IMG/VR virus record: IMGVR_UViG_2974540528_000001 | Location: 33,169-97,168 of that record | DNA from: a virus | Lineage: Duplodnaviria > Heunggongvirae > Uroviricota > Caudoviricetes | Length of the DNA: 64,000 nucleotides | Direction: 5' to 3' (one strand) | Shown here: piece after piece, positions 17,530 through 26,114 of the stretch | How the letters are laid out: every line of letters starts with the position of its first letter | Position numbering within the stretch: position 1 is the first letter of the stretch | Position numbers and translations under genes: made by a program | Notes under the pieces: generated by a model | Seen by the model: the letters and a program-made list of their open reading frames with translations, nothing else | The model's database searches: none | Told to the model about the DNA's origin: nothing

Positions 17530-17825
17530 CAGTGTATACCTCTGGGAACAATTGTCTTGCCCTAGCCTTCATTTCAACAATGATGTCATTCAGTCTAAGA
17601 CTGAGGCTATGCATTCTTTCTAAAGTTTCCATATAATGCCTCTCAGAAGTCTGGGTGCTCGTCAGAAGAAATCCCCTCTCCGAAACCAACGAAAACATCT
17701 ACGTCTTCAGACTGACGAATCCCTTCGCCGTAACCAATAAAGCCGTCAAATTCATCTTTCATCGTTTTGCTCCTTTTCGTTTTGAACGAATGATCGCCGC
17801 TTCAGCACGACGTTGTTTTCGATTC

Positions 17826-18071
17826 TTAAATTGTTCGGAAGATTCGGAGAGCGTATTTGATTGTGAGATCTTCATCATTGGGGTAGAAATAGTATAATCC
17901 TCCTTCTTCACCGAAGGAGGCAACGTATTTCCAGGCTTCAATTCCAAAACCAGTTGTAGAAAAAGCGATCTCATCCGCTTCATCAGTGGCTTCATCCAGT
18001 TCCCTATGATTCGATTCGTGTTCAATATACTCTCCGTTATCAGTTTTGTAAACGAGTTTTAGTTTAAACAT
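17826..18071 (-). CDS. hypothetical small protein
   Basis: 81-aa ORF on the coding strand of this block. Confidence 0.3.
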   Translation of the reverse strand: MFKLKLVYKTDNGEYIEHESNHRELDEATDEADEIAFSTTGFGIEAWKYVASFGEEGGLYYFYPNDEDLTIKYALRIFRTI

Positions 18072-18145
18072 AGTGTCCTACCGTGTAAGTTGTTAAGAGT
18101 CAAGTTATTTTGATAACTCAATCTTACCAGCGGACACCTTTTTTG

Positions 18146-18394
18146 TCAATCCATGATACCGGAGTCGTTGACACCACGACGGTATTCTGCTATGGAAAGT
18201 GCTCTGATACGTTCTATGAACTCATCATCAGTTTCCCATTCACAGTCATCATCGTAATATTCATCAAGACCATCTTCAATCTCAGGAACCCAAGACTTCT
18301 TCTGATCTTCATGAACAGATGCCCTATTGAAATCGTGTTTAGCGACTAAATTACGCACTGAAATCAGACTCCTTAATCTGTTTTGCGGTTTCAA
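18146..18394 (-). CDS. hypothetical acidic protein
   Basis: 82 aa, Asp/Glu-rich. Confidence 0.3.
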   Translation of the reverse strand: MKPQNRLRSLISVRNLVAKHDFNRASVHEDQKKSWVPEIEDGLDEYYDDDCEWETDDEFIERIRALSIAEYRRGVNDSGIMD

Positions 18395-18662
18395 CGAGAT
18401 CTACATTTCCCGTTTTCGTATTTACCCAGCGGGTTTCGGTCTTTGTTGCGTGCATTGTATGTCCACAACCAAAGGAAATGATGCAAACACCTGGTCCATG
18501 AGCCTCAAGATCGGCTTCAAACTCCTGTTTACAGACTTTACATTCCATCATTACGGGTCCAAACATTTTAGGCTCCTTAATATAATACGGGTTTGTCGGT
18601 GTATTATTACATGTCAGGCAATCATGTACCGGGACTTCATGCCACTTGCATGGATTTTCCAT
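18351..18662 (-). CDS. hypothetical Cys-rich protein
   Basis: 103 aa with several Cys pairs (CLTCNN, CKVCKQ, CGHTMH). Confidence 0.4.
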   Translation of the reverse strand: MENPCKWHEVPVHDCLTCNNTPTNPYYIKEPKMFGPVMMECKVCKQEFEADLEAHGPGVCIISFGCGHTMHATKTETRWVNTKTGNVDLVETAKQIKESDFSA

Positions 18663-18667
18663 AGTGT

Positions 18668-18695
18668 ACCTATCAGAAAAGCCCCCGAAGGGGCT
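18668..18695 (-). terminator. rho-independent terminator after the NadV-like gene (minus strand)
   Basis: Minus strand reads AGCCCCTTCGGGGGCTTTTCTGA: GC stem with CTTCGG-type loop plus T-tract. Confidence 0.5.
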
Positions 18696-18701
18696 TATTG
18701 A

Positions 18702-20435
18702 TTACAGTTGAGCGGCTGCGCGTTCACGAATCGTTGTCAGATCTTCATCGACAATCAGTTTTCCGTTGTAGAACACACGACGCAGGTCATTATCTTTAGA
18801 CTGTACCTCTTCCAGTTGGCAATTGTCAATCAGTTCTAACTGACCGAACATGTTGCGAACAACTTTGAGGAAACCTTTCGCAGATTTCTTACTGAGGTCG
18901 GTCTTAGGCTCTTTGACAACCATGATCTGCTGACCATCAATCACAGCGCCAGTTGCTTTCACAGCCATACCAAGTGAATCACGGGTTGTATACTGGGTGG
19001 TAAAGGAACCAACACCGTACACGATATTGCTGGATGCAAAGCCTTTATCTTTCAGACGTTCAAAGATGTCTTTTGCACGCGCGACAGTGATAGAATCACC
19101 GTAGATCAGACCAATATGACTATCAAGAACCTTATAGCCCTTGGAATTAACTTCACCACCGAAAATATCCCATAAACATTGGACTGCACCTACAGCTTCA
19201 TGGTAAGGAACTTCATCTGTTTCATCAATAACATCAAAACCTGAAGACTGCTTGACACGATAGAACTTACCAAGAACCTGAACAAGTTCATATCCGGCTT
19301 CCGCATTGGCATCATAAGCTTCTTCAAAGCTTGCATAATCACCGCCATCTGTGTAGTAACCAGCAATGATATGCTCAGGGACACCGGAGTCCGGGCGGAA
19401 TACAACACGTCCATCGCGAGCCATGATTTCCTGTTTCAGGATCGCTGCTGCTTTGGTGATAATCGCCCAGAAGTCATAACTGTCTGCCACGTAGGAAACA
19501 AAACCTTTAGGGAAAATTTCCGTAATGTAGCGTTTCATGAATTCAACTTCAGCCAAGAAACGTGCTTCGTCCAGAGTCAGTTCCGGGTGTTCACCTTGTA
19601 GGCGACCGACGATAAATCCGATGTTCGTGGTTGCAACAGAGTGTTCAGATGCAGGAATAGAACCAGCAACGAACTTGCCTTTCATGTTGTAATAACGACG
19701 AGCATACAGAATCGCTGGGATAGTGTCTGTACCCATAGAGTTGATCAGTTGACCAAATTCGCTCTGTGCTGCGTCGTGAGTACCAGCTTCACCGCGATAG
19801 GCGAAGCAGTGGTTCTGGAATGCAACATGGTCGTTGTTATCACAGGTCTCAGCAGCCCATTTTTCAGACAGCTTGCGATACTGCCAGAACGTCGTTGCAG
19901 TTGTGATAGTTTTCCAGGTTTCTGCGGAGATCACACTTTCCAGGAAGTTAGGCAACCAGTAAAAATCCGGGTGCGTATTCTGGATTGTAAACATTGGGAC
20001 CTGAACCGGAGAAAGCGTTCCTTCTGGAAGAGCACGGATTTCCAGAGGAAGATAACCGAGATCATGAAGAGCCTCAAAGCCCCAGGTTTCTACCATGCCA
20101 ATGCCAATGCTGGAGTCGCAAACCTCACGATAATCAGCAACCGCTTCTTCTTTCGGGAGGTTGAAGAAGTTATTGTTGAACATGTCGATAAGGAACCACT
20201 TAATAAATCCCTGAAGGCCAGCAAACATGACACGCTGGTCGTTATCAGCGAAGTGGATGAAGTGCTTCGCATTACGAGGGGTCATGTTATCCTGAACAAT
20301 TTCAGAACGTTTATCATACATGGAGATGTGTGAAGGTTTGTAAAAGTCAGCGAACAGGATAGGACTTTCTTGATTAAGCATGTTTTGTTTCTCCTTTGTT
20401 TGTTTAATAGGGCGATTGTACGCCCACTTATTCAT
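18702..20435 (-). CDS. nadV: nicotinamide phosphoribosyltransferase family protein (NadV/Nampt-like; possibly Namat of an NAD-reconstitution pathway)
   Basis: 577 aa; Nampt-family length and conserved C-terminal region (VKEPKTDLSKKSAKGFLKV resembles the Nampt DPNKRSKKGR segment); adjacent to a PRPP-synthetase-like gene. Confidence 0.85.
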   Translation of the reverse strand: MNKWAYNRPIKQTKEKQNMLNQESPILFADFYKPSHISMYDKRSEIVQDNMTPRNAKHFIHFADNDQRVMFAGLQGFIKWFLIDMFNNNFFNLPKEEAVADYREVCDSSIGIGMVETWGFEALHDLGYLPLEIRALPEGTLSPVQVPMFTIQNTHPDFYWLPNFLESVISAETWKTITTATTFWQYRKLSEKWAAETCDNNDHVAFQNHCFAYRGEAGTHDAAQSEFGQLINSMGTDTIPAILYARRYYNMKGKFVAGSIPASEHSVATTNIGFIVGRLQGEHPELTLDEARFLAEVEFMKRYITEIFPKGFVSYVADSYDFWAIITKAAAILKQEIMARDGRVVFRPDSGVPEHIIAGYYTDGGDYASFEEAYDANAEAGYELVQVLGKFYRVKQSSGFDVIDETDEVPYHEAVGAVQCLWDIFGGEVNSKGYKVLDSHIGLIYGDSITVARAKDIFERLKDKGFASSNIVYGVGSFTTQYTTRDSLGMAVKATGAVIDGQQIMVVKEPKTDLSKKSAKGFLKVVRNMFGQLELIDNCQLEEVQSKDNDLRRVFYNGKLIVDEDLTTIRERAAAQL

Positions 20436-20442
20436 TTGTCAA

Positions 20443-21276
20443 TTAAAAGTTTTCGGTCCAGTCGTGGTACGCGTAGATTTCATCAACGCCGCCTTCGTAG
20501 ATAACTTCTTTACCGAAGGAAAAGATACCGTGAGTTACGTAAAGAATAACACGTTTTGCTCCTTTTGCCTTCAATGCTTGTGCCAGGGCGATGAATGTGC
20601 GACCACCATCGCAGATATCATCGACAATAACACACTCACGTCCTTCAACATCACCGAAAACAGCAGTCCCGGTAATTTCATTTGTCTTCAGGTCGCGCAC
20701 TTTTCCAGCTTCCACCAGAGGAAGGCGAAGTCGATCGGAAACTTTCTGAGCTTTTTTACGTGCTCCGGCGTCAGGGGCAACGATAACAACATCTTTTCCG
20801 GCAAGACCTTCATGGAATTCCGCAATAAGAGCGTCCTGACCACGGATTTTAACGTTGTTAAGCAACGCGGCGGAGACATCGCTGTGCGGATCATCGACAA
20901 TGACCTTGTCAAACCCAAGAGAGTTGACGATATTTGCGAAAACTTTGATGGATAACGCTTCACCAGGTTGCATTACGCGGTCCTGACGTGCATATGGGAT
21001 GTACGGTAGGTGCAAAGTAAATTGTGCAGTATGATGGAGACCTTCAAGGCGAGAACATGCATCCACCAACATGGCAAGTGCCATAACATCAGTAGAATTT
21101 TTAATTTTCGCAGTGATGTCTACGAAACCAATACCACCTTTCGGAGTATGCGCCATATCGATTCTAACCTGTTCTTCACCACCTTTGAACGTAAAGTGAT
21201 CGACAGGAACTACCAGTTTGTTCAGACGAAGTTCTAAACTCATTTCATTTCTCCTCTTTCCAAGAATGTACTTCAT
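20443..21276 (-). CDS. prs: ribose-phosphate pyrophosphokinase family protein (Prs-like; possibly ADPR pyrophosphokinase Adps)
   Basis: 277 aa; PRPP-synthetase motifs PYARQDR and PRPP-binding loop VIVDDICDGGRT; shorter than cellular Prs. Confidence 0.85.
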   Translation of the reverse strand: MKYILGKRRNEMSLELRLNKLVVPVDHFTFKGGEEQVRIDMAHTPKGGIGFVDITAKIKNSTDVMALAMLVDACSRLEGLHHTAQFTLHLPYIPYARQDRVMQPGEALSIKVFANIVNSLGFDKVIVDDPHSDVSAALLNNVKIRGQDALIAEFHEGLAGKDVVIVAPDAGARKKAQKVSDRLRLPLVEAGKVRDLKTNEITGTAVFGDVEGRECVIVDDICDGGRTFIALAQALKAKGAKRVILYVTHGIFSFGKEVIYEGGVDEIYAYHDWTENF

Positions 21277-21562
21277 AAATTGTTTTGTTGTGACCCATCT
21301 TGGTACGCGTCGTATGTTTTGTCAACCATTTTAATTTCTCAAGGTTGCTTACACACCTTGTTGTGGTCGCCCGTGATAGGCCAACTGCATCAGCTATGCT
21401 ATCCAGCGATTCGTGGTACTCCTTCCGCATCGATTTGAAGTAATGGAACTGATGCCGCATATATAGGTACACTATCTTATCATTGGAAGAGGCACAGGTC
21501 ACCGACAGCAGCTTCAGTTCGAAGTTGCCGTAGATGTGCTTACCTGTTGCAATGTACCCCAT
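21245..21562 (-). CDS. putative HTH transcriptional regulator
   Basis: 105 aa; helix-turn-helix-like segment SIADAVGLSRATTTRCVSNLEKLKWL; first minus-strand gene next to the divergent control region. Confidence 0.5.
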   Translation of the reverse strand: MGYIATGKHIYGNFELKLLSVTCASSNDKIVYLYMRHQFHYFKSMRKEYHESLDSIADAVGLSRATTTRCVSNLEKLKWLTKHTTRTKMGHNKTIYEVHSWKEEK

Positions 21563-21602
21563 GTCACTCCTCCATAGCCTGTGCTCATTTTGATACTAAG
21601 CC

Positions 21603-21619
21603 TATGCTCAATTTGAGCA
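21603..21619. promoter_or_regulatory. palindromic operator-like site TGCTCAA-T-TTGAGCA (plus upstream half-site copy)
   Basis: Perfect 7-bp inverted arms around a central T, 40-60 bp upstream of the HTH regulator gene; related half-site GTGCTCATTTTGA at about 21583. Confidence 0.4.
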
Positions 21620-21785
21620 CGTAAATAAATACTATATAAAATAAATAAAACAATACTCTTTTAAAAAACAATAAAACATAAGATCTAAAACAAGATCTTT
21701 TACTACAGAGTATAAATATTCTATATCATAGAGTCGGTGACTCGATGAGTTGGATTATCGTATGAAGAAAAGATGATGTCAAGTG

Positions 21786-21813
21786 TTGACATGAACTTTT
21801 TAACGTGTAGAAT
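21786..21813 (+). promoter_or_regulatory. sigma70-type promoter (TTGACA-N16-TAGAAT) for the plus-strand early block
   Basis: Consensus -35 TTGACA at 21786-21791 and -10 TAGAAT at 21808-21813; first plus-strand ORF begins at 21821 with RBS AAAGGAG. Confidence 0.6.
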
Positions 21814-21820
21814 CTAGGGA

Positions 21821-22162
21821 ATGTTAAAGGAGATTGTTATGTTTTCAAGTAAAGAAACAAAAATTATCGGTGAAATGGTCTGTGGTAAGCCACGACGTAA
21901 ACCGGAGCAGACCGATGAAGAGAAGACCAAGTTGATGATGATACGTGAAGTGTATCATGAATGTGGTGAAGATCAAAATGTGTGCGTGGTATTACCGGAT
22001 GGTATACCTGTTGACAAGGTCTTCGATAACTTCTATGCTTCAATAAAGTCGAGACTAGCTCGACGTAATGTGTGTGTAACATATTCAAAGGACTTGACTG
22101 TGGAACACATCGAGAACAACAATGTTGTGGTGGATCTAAGTGAAATCCATGTAACGCTCTAG
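21821..22162 (+). CDS. hypothetical early protein
   Basis: 113-aa first ORF after the promoter; RBS AAAGGAGATTG upstream. Confidence 0.45.
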   Translation: MLKEIVMFSSKETKIIGEMVCGKPRRKPEQTDEEKTKLMMIREVYHECGEDQNVCVVLPDGIPVDKVFDNFYASIKSRLARRNVCVTYSKDLTVEHIENNNVVVDLSEIHVTL

Positions 22163-22258
22163 AACGTGTTATAAGGCGTTTTAATGGTGTGGTAGTACAC
22201 TTGGGTTACCAACCCATATTAAATTAAATACAGGGCCTCCCAGAGGCTCTGAGAGGTA

Positions 22259-22549
22259 TTGTGGAGGATTATTTTGGATATGAAGAGCATTACCCGTGAT
22301 GACTCCATCTATAAAGGTGCTTATCTAGCTCTGAGAGACATCATGAAGTCTATGGAGAAAAAGTATGGTGTGAAACTGTACTTAGATAGCCGGGTAGACT
22401 GGGGAAAGACATGGATGGATGCTTCAGTTTACATTCATGGTGATAGGCATATCGTTAACTTGGTGTGCATGAAACTTATTGTGTGGCAACATTACCAGAA
22501 AATCAGGGATGGGATTCTGTTCGCCTACCCGGCTGAGGATATGAAATGA
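22259..22549 (+). CDS. hypothetical protein
   Basis: 96-aa ORF; stop overlaps next start (ATGA). Confidence 0.4.
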   Translation: MWRIILDMKSITRDDSIYKGAYLALRDIMKSMEKKYGVKLYLDSRVDWGKTWMDASVYIHGDRHIVNLVCMKLIVWQHYQKIRDGILFAYPAEDMK

Positions 22550-22830
22550 AGAAAGATATCAGGAAACCTGTCAAGGAAAAGTTTGATACCTCTGCATTTG
22601 TGTTCACAACCGATGTGGGTGTGATTAAAGATGCTCTACAGCTACTGAATGAACAGGAGGCAGATCCTGAAGCGGAACCACTGACAAAGGATCAGATCTA
22701 TTGGATGGGTTGGTGGGAGCTTAACATGCCGGAGGTTGATCGTCGCGGATTAACACGGGTATTGACATGTGCTCAGGAAAATGCTGCACTGGGTCTGTAT
22801 AAGAAAACTACGAAGAGGAAGAAAAAATGA
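22546..22830 (+). CDS. hypothetical protein
   Basis: 94-aa ORF, translationally coupled to its neighbours. Confidence 0.4.
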   Translation: MKKDIRKPVKEKFDTSAFVFTTDVGVIKDALQLLNEQEADPEAEPLTKDQIYWMGWWELNMPEVDRRGLTRVLTCAQENAALGLYKKTTKRKKK

Positions 22831-23066
22831 GCAGACTTGCAAAACTAAACAGAAGAAAGAAAATGTTGAAAGAAAAGCAGAAAAACATCACGGCTACTTT
22901 CCAAGTATGCCGAGAGGCTATGAAGGCAAATCGGATAACACCTTCGCAGAGACAGTTGATCCGTGATATTCTTCGTCCTGTGCTCCATGACCTTGAAGGT
23001 GAAGTTCGTGATGTTACACTTCATATTCAAGAGGAACTTGTAAAAAGATATCAGGAGAATACATGA
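22827..23066 (+). CDS. hypothetical protein
   Basis: 79 aa, basic N-terminus; overlaps neighbours by 4 nt. Confidence 0.4.
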   Translation: MSRLAKLNRRKKMLKEKQKNITATFQVCREAMKANRITPSQRQLIRDILRPVLHDLEGEVRDVTLHIQEELVKRYQENT

Positions 23067-23656
23067 TTGACCATGTTACGTCAGACACTCACTGGTGGCA
23101 TACCAACATCCTTGGTTTCCCATCGTGTGATAAATTCCGTAAGAATCTGTACGGTCAAAAAGAAGACCGTGAAAGTCTGTATGCCATGAATGCAGGTATG
23201 ATTGAAATCTGGAATAAGCACGTCAAACCAGATGATGTCGTAGCACACCTTGGTGACTTCGTGATCGCTTACGGTCGCTACGTTGAGCCACGCACTCGTG
23301 ATATTCTGGAAAAGATCAACGGAAAGATCATTCTTGTTGGTGGTAACCATGACAACCGAGATACGAAACGTATCTTCCGTGAATTCGGTCATGAAGTTGT
23401 TGATTATAAAGAGATTAACTTCAGCACTGGAAAAGAGAAGGTGCATGTGTGTATGTCTCACTATCCGTTCGCATCGTGGAACAAAGCACACCACGGGTCA
23501 GTTATGTTGCACGGGCATAGCCACGGCTCCTATACAGCCCCCGGTGGACGTATTCTCGATGTAGGTTGGGATGTTCATGGTCGTCCTCTGACGATGCGTG
23601 AGGCCGTCCTGATGTGCCTCAAAAAACCAATCTACACTGCTGACCACGGAGAATAA
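23063..23656 (+). CDS. calcineurin-like metallophosphoesterase
   Basis: 197 aa; metallophosphatase motifs DTHWWH, GDFV, GGNHDN, and HGHSHG near the C-terminus. Confidence 0.7.
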   Translation: MIDHVTSDTHWWHTNILGFPSCDKFRKNLYGQKEDRESLYAMNAGMIEIWNKHVKPDDVVAHLGDFVIAYGRYVEPRTRDILEKINGKIILVGGNHDNRDTKRIFREFGHEVVDYKEINFSTGKEKVHVCMSHYPFASWNKAHHGSVMLHGHSHGSYTAPGGRILDVGWDVHGRPLTMREAVLMCLKKPIYTADHGE

Positions 23657-23657
23657 G

Positions 23658-24014
23658 ATGCATAACAAAGAACGAAATTTCATAGCACGTAACACGGCGA
23701 AGTCTTTCTTCGCTACTATTCACATTGCCGGGGATTATGCTCAGGCCGAGAATTTGTGTCGCCAGTGGGTTATGCAAGGTGCTTGTGTGCAGATTGCTCC
23801 ATGCACCTATGTTTACACAGGTGGTGTCGAAGATGGTATGACTGTGCGGTTGATGCAGTATCCACGTTTCCAGCGTCAGGAGCATGAGATATTATCAATG
23901 GCTGTCGAACTTGGAAAATATCTTGCTCAGGAGATGTGCCAGATAAGCTTCAGTATCGAAACTCCTTATAATACAACATATTATCAGGCGGAAGGTTATG
24001 AAAAAAGATCTTGA
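23658..24014 (+). CDS. hypothetical protein
   Basis: 118-aa ORF starting 2 nt after the phosphoesterase stop. Confidence 0.4.
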   Translation: MHNKERNFIARNTAKSFFATIHIAGDYAQAENLCRQWVMQGACVQIAPCTYVYTGGVEDGMTVRLMQYPRFQRQEHEILSMAVELGKYLAQEMCQISFSIETPYNTTYYQAEGYEKRS

Positions 24015-24195
24015 TCTTATCCATAACGTGGCCTTTTTGATTAGCGAGCTTGAAGAATATGTTGACGAACTAGACCTGAGCATCTATGATGACTACAGTG
24101 AAATGAAATCAGCACAAAAGGAAGTGCTCAAACTATTGAAAAATCTCAGACGAAGGAGAGAACATGAAATTCAACGTAGACGATTTGGTCGCTAA
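23998..24195 (+). CDS. hypothetical small protein
   Basis: 65 aa, charged helical. Confidence 0.3.
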   Translation: MKKDLDLIHNVAFLISELEEYVDELDLSIYDDYSEMKSAQKEVLKLLKNLRRRREHEIQRRRFGR

Positions 24196-25126
24196 AAAAC
24201 TGGTAACCAAAAAGACTTACACCGAAGGCCCGTTCGCGGGTCTGTCTGTGCTGAAGTATAAGAACAATGTGTTCTGGGATAACCTGTGGCATACTGACCC
24301 ACGCCTGCTTGAGTGCCGTGGCATGGTTGTTGATTCAGAAGACAACGTGATTATCTGGCCTTTCACTAAGATTTTCAACCGCTTCGAGAATGGAACTGAC
24401 CTTCCTCTTGACAAACCGGTTATTTGTTCCCGCAAGGTCAATGGTTTTATGGCTACAGCGGCAATACACAAAGACAAGCTCCTCGTTTCAACAACAGGGA
24501 CATTGGATTCTGAGTTTTCAGAATTGGCTCGTAAGTACCTCGAAAAAATGAATTTTGATCTGATTTCTTTCCGTGAAGATTACACTTTCATTTTCGAAAT
24601 ATGCGATAGCAGCGACCCACACATTGTGGAAGAGAAAGAAGGTGCTTATCTGATTGGTGTCCGTGACCTCGCTTTAAACGGTGTTATGGTTGAAGAGCAC
24701 AAACTTGATCGCATCGCTGAAGTGATCGGTGCAAAACGTCCTCAATGGGATGTCCGTGCATTTGGCGATGTCGTTGCAGCCAGTCATGCTGTTAGCCACG
24801 AAGGTTTTGTTGTCCGAAATATCGGGACAGATGACGAAAATAGCGAACTACTTTTGAAAATCAAGTCCCCACATTACCTGGCGAAGAAATTCCTGATGCG
24901 TGGAGGTGATAACAAGTGGGATATGATCTGGGATAACCCGAAAGAGGCCAAGAAGCGTATTGACGAAGAGTATTACGAGTTGCTAGACCATATTCGTGAG
25001 TATTACTCTAAAGATGTTTGGTCCGCGATGGATTCTCAAAAACGACGTCAGGTTGTTGAAGATTACTTCGCTATCGAAGACATGTTTGATCGTGGTAGTC
25101 GTTTTTATGTTGGGGTTCCAAAATGA
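24164..25126 (+). CDS. RNA-ligase-like nucleotidyltransferase (covalent nucleotidyltransferase superfamily)
   Basis: 320 aa; motif-I-like lysine in ICSRKVNGFMATA (KxNG as in Trl1-type RNA ligases); RBS GAAGGAGAGAACATG. Confidence 0.5.
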   Translation: MKFNVDDLVAKKLVTKKTYTEGPFAGLSVLKYKNNVFWDNLWHTDPRLLECRGMVVDSEDNVIIWPFTKIFNRFENGTDLPLDKPVICSRKVNGFMATAAIHKDKLLVSTTGTLDSEFSELARKYLEKMNFDLISFREDYTFIFEICDSSDPHIVEEKEGAYLIGVRDLALNGVMVEEHKLDRIAEVIGAKRPQWDVRAFGDVVAASHAVSHEGFVVRNIGTDDENSELLLKIKSPHYLAKKFLMRGGDNKWDMIWDNPKEAKKRIDEEYYELLDHIREYYSKDVWSAMDSQKRRQVVEDYFAIEDMFDRGSRFYVGVPK

Positions 25127-25467
25127 TTATCTGGCTTGATGACCTGAGAGATCCAAAAGACTACGGGTATCCTGATGCCTTGTGGTTCAAGACCTCTCAG
25201 AAATTTATGGACTTTCTGGACAACAGGTCAAAGTTCTATCGTTATGTCACAGAGTGGCATTTCGATAATGACCTTGGTGAAGAGTCAGAAATGGAGGGCT
25301 ATGACTGCCTGTTGGCCTTGGAAGAGAAGCTTGTGTATGGAAAACTTCCTGTGCATGATGCTAAACTCTATGTCCATACGTCTAACCCTTCTGCGGCACA
25401 AAAGTTCATGCTTGCAAAAGAGAGCTTCTTGAAGTATCGTATCACGATCTTAAGAAACAATTACTGA
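25123..25467 (+). CDS. hypothetical protein
   Basis: 114-aa ORF overlapping the ligase-like gene stop. Confidence 0.4.
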   Translation: MIIWLDDLRDPKDYGYPDALWFKTSQKFMDFLDNRSKFYRYVTEWHFDNDLGEESEMEGYDCLLALEEKLVYGKLPVHDAKLYVHTSNPSAAQKFMLAKESFLKYRITILRNNY

Positions 25468-25476
25468 GGAGAAGAG

Positions 25477-25881
25477 ATGGAAAAGACTCTGATTATCCTG
25501 CGTGGTGTGTCTGGTGCTGGTAAGTCTACAGTTGCTGAAACAATCGCGGGTAAAGCATGGCCTGTATTTGAGGCCGATAAATACCATTATCGGGACGGGG
25601 TTTACGACTGGAAGCCTGAAAACATGGCTGTTGCTCATAAGTGGTGTCAAGAACAGGTACGTGAGGCTATGGTGTGCCGTATTGCAAAAATTATCGTATC
25701 CAACACTTCGACAACAGAGAAGGAACTAAAACCCTACATTGCCCTTGCTGATGAGCACGGATACCAAGTTATTAGCTTGGTGGTCGAGAATAGGCATGGT
25801 AATGATTCTATTCACAATGTTCCGCAGGAAACTCGTGATGCTCAAGAGCTTCGTCTGCGTAACTCATTGAAATTACAGTAA
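25477..25881 (+). CDS. P-loop polynucleotide-kinase-like protein (T4 Pnk kinase-domain-like)
   Basis: 134 aa; Walker A LRGVSGAGKSTVA at N-terminus; small AAA_33/Pnk-like kinase architecture. Confidence 0.55.
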   Translation: MEKTLIILRGVSGAGKSTVAETIAGKAWPVFEADKYHYRDGVYDWKPENMAVAHKWCQEQVREAMVCRIAKIIVSNTSTTEKELKPYIALADEHGYQVISLVVENRHGNDSIHNVPQETRDAQELRLRNSLKLQ

Positions 25882-25889
25882 GGAAAGAT

Positions 25890-26114
25890 ATGTATAAAGG
25901 AAATAACCTACGGGAATCGTTCGAAAATTGGTGGGACTCTCTTAGCGATCCTTGGTCAACACCAGAAGCAAAATCTGCTGCATGGGAAGCCTGGAAGTTT
26001 TCAAATTTACGAGTTCTTAATAAAATTCGTTATATGAAAGGTATTACCGAGCGGTGCAATGGTTATAATGAGGCTATGAATGAGATAAATAATGTTATAG
26101 GGGAAAATCCATGA
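25890..26114 (+). CDS. hypothetical small protein
   Basis: 74-aa ORF with RBS AAGGAAAG upstream. Confidence 0.35.
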   Translation: MYKGNNLRESFENWWDSLSDPWSTPEAKSAAWEAWKFSNLRVLNKIRYMKGITERCNGYNEAMNEINNVIGENP

